Below, in pieces: positions 60,767 to 64,000 of a stretch of 64,000 bases of DNA (position 1 is its first letter; each line of letters starts with the position of its first letter). The DNA comes from Babesia bigemina (taxonomy: Eukaryota). The stretch lies in the NCBI RefSeq assembly GCF_000981445.1, contig NC_027216.1, positions 2,108,001 through 2,172,000 on the forward strand, read 5' to 3'. A program made the position numbers and the translations under genes. The notes below the pieces were generated by a model. It had not been told where the DNA came from. It did no database searches and worked only from the letters and a program-made list of their open reading frames with translations.

Positions 60767-62578
60767 TCAGCGGCGCCTCGTGGGCGCGGATTCGTCCTCA
60801 TCGGCGTTGGCGGGCTCGTTCTCGATGCTGGTCTCGGCGGCCGCGCCTTCGGCCACTTCCTGGGGCTCCTGCTCGGGGTGGTTCCAGGCGCTCGGGCGAG
60901 AGGGGTCCACGCGATAGGCCCAGCGCTGGTACAGGTAGCAGAAGAAAATTATGTCGTCACGGAAGCACGACAGACGGTGCATCCACGGCATCTCAATCAA
61001 AAACGACGCCACGTCGTCCACGAAGGTGTTGAGCGACTTGTAGATCAGAGCGCGCCACGGAAGGTGGTCCACCGACTTCAGCTTGTAGTTGATGTAGATT
61101 TGCGGGGTCATCATGATGAAACCGAAGGTGTACACGGAGCCCGCCGCAACAGAAATGAAGTATGAGTACCACGACTTGTACTTCTCGTAGAACAACGAGT
61201 AGATGGCGTACGCCACCACGCAAGGGATCATCACCATGCTCATGTACTTGATGGCCTGCTCATCGTACTTCTTGGTGTTCGACTCCACATAGTTCTGCAC
61301 AGCGTTAAAAACAGAAACAACGCGACACTAACGTTGGCATTGCCCAGCTCGACGAACGGGAACTGGCGCTTGAACTTGAACTTGATGGCCTTCGAAACCT
61401 TCCACGCAGAGGCGGCCACGCCCACGCCCATCTCGAACAATATCAGCCACGACACGTTCTCGCTGTCGAACACGTACAGCGCGATGATCACGTCGCACAC
61501 GAAGCTGATGAGCACCGACAACGCCGACAGGCCCTCCATGGAGTCGTTCTTGTGCCAGAACTGGATGTCGTTCTTCAGCGCGAAGAACGAAAACACGCTG
61601 TGCAGCAAGATGAACGCGCCAGAGAAGATCAGCATGTAGATGTTGGTCGTCATCAGCGTGCGCTTGAACATCTCGAACTCCTTCACGGACTGGTGGCCCA
61701 GGATCCCGCCGGTCTCAGCGTTCGCCTTGAACTGCGTCGTCATGATGTAGTACATCGAGTTGCAAGTGGAGAAGTGGACCTTCAGCTCCAGGGGCGCGCC
61801 GGCCATCTCGGGGCTGACGCACTGGTAGTGCTCCTCCAGCACCCAGAACTGCGATAGGTACATCAGGGGGTCGTACACGCCCTCCGCCGGGTGCTTGTCG
61901 TACTTATCGAAGTACACGTCGCCCGGACGCTGGATGCAAGGCGCAGTCTCGTACACCAGGTTCACGTCGAGGCGAGGAACCCAGTGCTTCCGCAGATCCT
62001 CACCCTCGTCCTCCTCAGGCGCAGACTCCGCGTCGCCGCCGACCAGGCTCACCTCCTTGCTGCGCTTCACGGGGCGCATCATCGTCAGCGGAATCGACTT
62101 CACGATCACGTGCCCGTCGAAGCCCTCCTTGAACGTGGACAGGTGGAGCGCCGAGCCGCGGGTCGCGTACGACCGGTGCGGGACCAAAAAGACAATCGCG
62201 TGCAACACACTGTCCTCGCTGTCGAAGAAGTTGGATGGTGCCGACACAGTGGCCTCCACGACCTCGTAGGCGCGGTTGAATTTGTGCGCGTACGCCCGGT
62301 TTTCAGCAGAATAGACAAGCTGCGCGTTGCTCTCCAAGGAATCCACGCCGAGGTACGGTTCCGGGCTCGCGTATACGAACACATCCTGCGAAACCGTTAT
62401 TTAGCGACCAAATGGAACCCACGTAGAGCTCGCCGGCGGCCAGGTAGTTCTTCAACGCCGGCGCAGGCTTGCCGGTGACCGGGTCGACCGCGTTGCGCTG
62501 CTTGCCGCCGAAGATGCTCATAATGATGTGGATTGTTAAGACTTGGAAGAGCGCCTGCAGGATCCAGTCTGCGATCAT
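60767..62578 (-). CDS. CLPTM1: CLPTM1-family multi-pass membrane protein, 3 exons
   Basis: FALKNDIQFW, SMEGLS, FGFIMMTPQIYINYKLKSVDHLPWRALIYKSLNTFVDD, HRLSCFRDD, YQRWAYRVD. Confidence 0.93.
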
Positions 62579-62809
62579 GTCAAGCGCGGCGCACAGCGAA
62601 CCTACTGCGCTGAGGCCTGGCGCGGCCCTGCTCTTCAGCGGCAGCCGTCATCCTCGGAACAATGACGGCCACGGGTCTGATTTCCACTCAGGTGTCAGGA
62701 AATGCGTGGAAGAAATATATGCTAGTGACGTGCCGCGCCGTTGACTCGCAGGTGGGCAGCCAGCTAGGGCCGATCACCACCACCTACACAAAACATAAAT
62801 CACATCAAG

Positions 62810-64000
62810 ATGGCTCTCAAGGCAACCACGCTCAGCGCTGCTCAACGATTCGTGCGCGGCTTTATGCCGTACCTAGACAACACCGGCTCTCCCGCACACT
62901 CCGTGGTCGAGCTGGAGAAGTACCTGAAAGACAACCACCCCTCCGCGCAGCGACTCGACCAGTTGTGGGTTCCTACGCGACGGAAATATTAATGTGTGAA
63001 CAGCGCGCCATGGGTCCTGGAGAAAGGCAACACCTACTACGTGGCGGACGCCAACGCCACGATGATGGCGTTCCACGTCGGTATGTCGCAACGCTCCCAA
63101 CGGCCAATTCGCGCAGGCAAGAAGTTCAACGCCGAGAAGGGAGGCTTGCTGATCACGGCGGGGCACACCGACTCCCCTGCGCTCAAGCTGGAGTACAAAT
63201 GTGAGAGCACGGCGCATGCGTTCAACCAGGTGAGACAGCGCCTCCTTCCACCGAACGAACTCAGGCCGTGTCGCTCACCTACACCTCCGGCCTCTGGCAC
63301 ACGTGGCTGGATCGCGATCTCGGGCTGGCAGGACGCGTTATCGTGCGCAAGAACGGTTAGTTGCCGCTGCCTGAGGCGCGCCTATACCCCTTAGGCCTGC
63401 TCGAGGAGAAGCTGGTCCGCATCGCCAAGCCGCTCATAGTCGTGCCGAACCTGTCGGTACACCTCCAGCACTCGGCGGAACGGGAGGTGCTGAAGCTCAA
63501 CAGGGTACGTTGCCGCTGCCGACTCCACCGATGCCGCCCTCAGGAGAAGCACCTCAGGGGCATCGTGTCTACAGAGGCGGTGCACAAGCTCAACTCCAAG
63601 AGCTCAAAGCCGATCTTGGCGTACGTCGCTAAGTGGGTTCTAAAGCGTGTTTGGGCTCATGCGCGTTCGCAGGGAAATCGGGGTCAAGGAGGAGGACATT
63701 GTCGACATGGACCTGTGCCTCATGGACAACGCCAAGTCCGCCCTATCCGGGCTCTACGAGGAGTTCCTGTCGTGCGCGAGGCTGGACAACCTGGCGTCCT
63801 GCTTCGGCGCCATGGGAGGGTTCATCGACTTCGTCAACGGAAAAGGTGGGTGCTGCGAGCACGCGGCGTTGCGCGTCACATGGGTGCAGAGGCTGAGGAG
63901 TCGGAGTTCGTCACCTGCATCATGTTGTACAACTACGAGGAGATGGGGTCGCAGATGTCGTCGGGTGCCGACTCGCAGGTCACGGTCGAATGGATCGACA
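62810..64000 (+). CDS. Aspartyl aminopeptidase (M18 family), multi-exon, 3' end outside the window
   Basis: SPAHSV, GHTDSPALKL, LWHTWLDRDLGLAGRV, VPNLSVHL, ARLDNLASCF, YNYEEMGS. Confidence 0.92.

Noticed and set aside
1..64000. tRNA, rRNA, CRISPR or transposon genes
   Set aside because: None recognised by eye. tRNAscan or Infernal would be needed to exclude small ncRNAs.

Overview
Eukaryotic apicomplexan DNA. The 32-42 nt GT-AG introns, RON5, RAP-domain genes and VESA/ves-family sequences point to a piroplasm of the genus Babesia, and the ves motifs look B. bigemina-like. The window has two parts. About 1-25 kb is a lower-GC, gene-sparse accessory island. It holds a family of small Cys-rich, single-TM proteins without signal peptides (some with VESA1-like tails) arranged mostly as head-to-head pairs. 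It also has orphan VESA-tail cassettes, an isolated ves1 internal fragment, a short ves-family gene, a ~670 bp near-perfect inverted repeat around one gene pair, and an inverted copy of an MFS transporter pair. About 25-64 kb is compact housekeeping sequence: SUV3 helicase, a tandemly duplicated [membrane protein + PAT/TFP-like MFS] unit, RON5, a degenerate DEAD-box/GUCT-like protein, two RAP-domain proteins, NVL/Rix7 AAA ATPase, DDHD phospholipase, Fe-SOD, DnaJ, an ASH2L-like SPRY protein, CLPTM1 and M18 aspartyl aminopeptidase (runs off the end). All family assignments are from recalled motifs, not database searches. Exon boundaries were read by eye.
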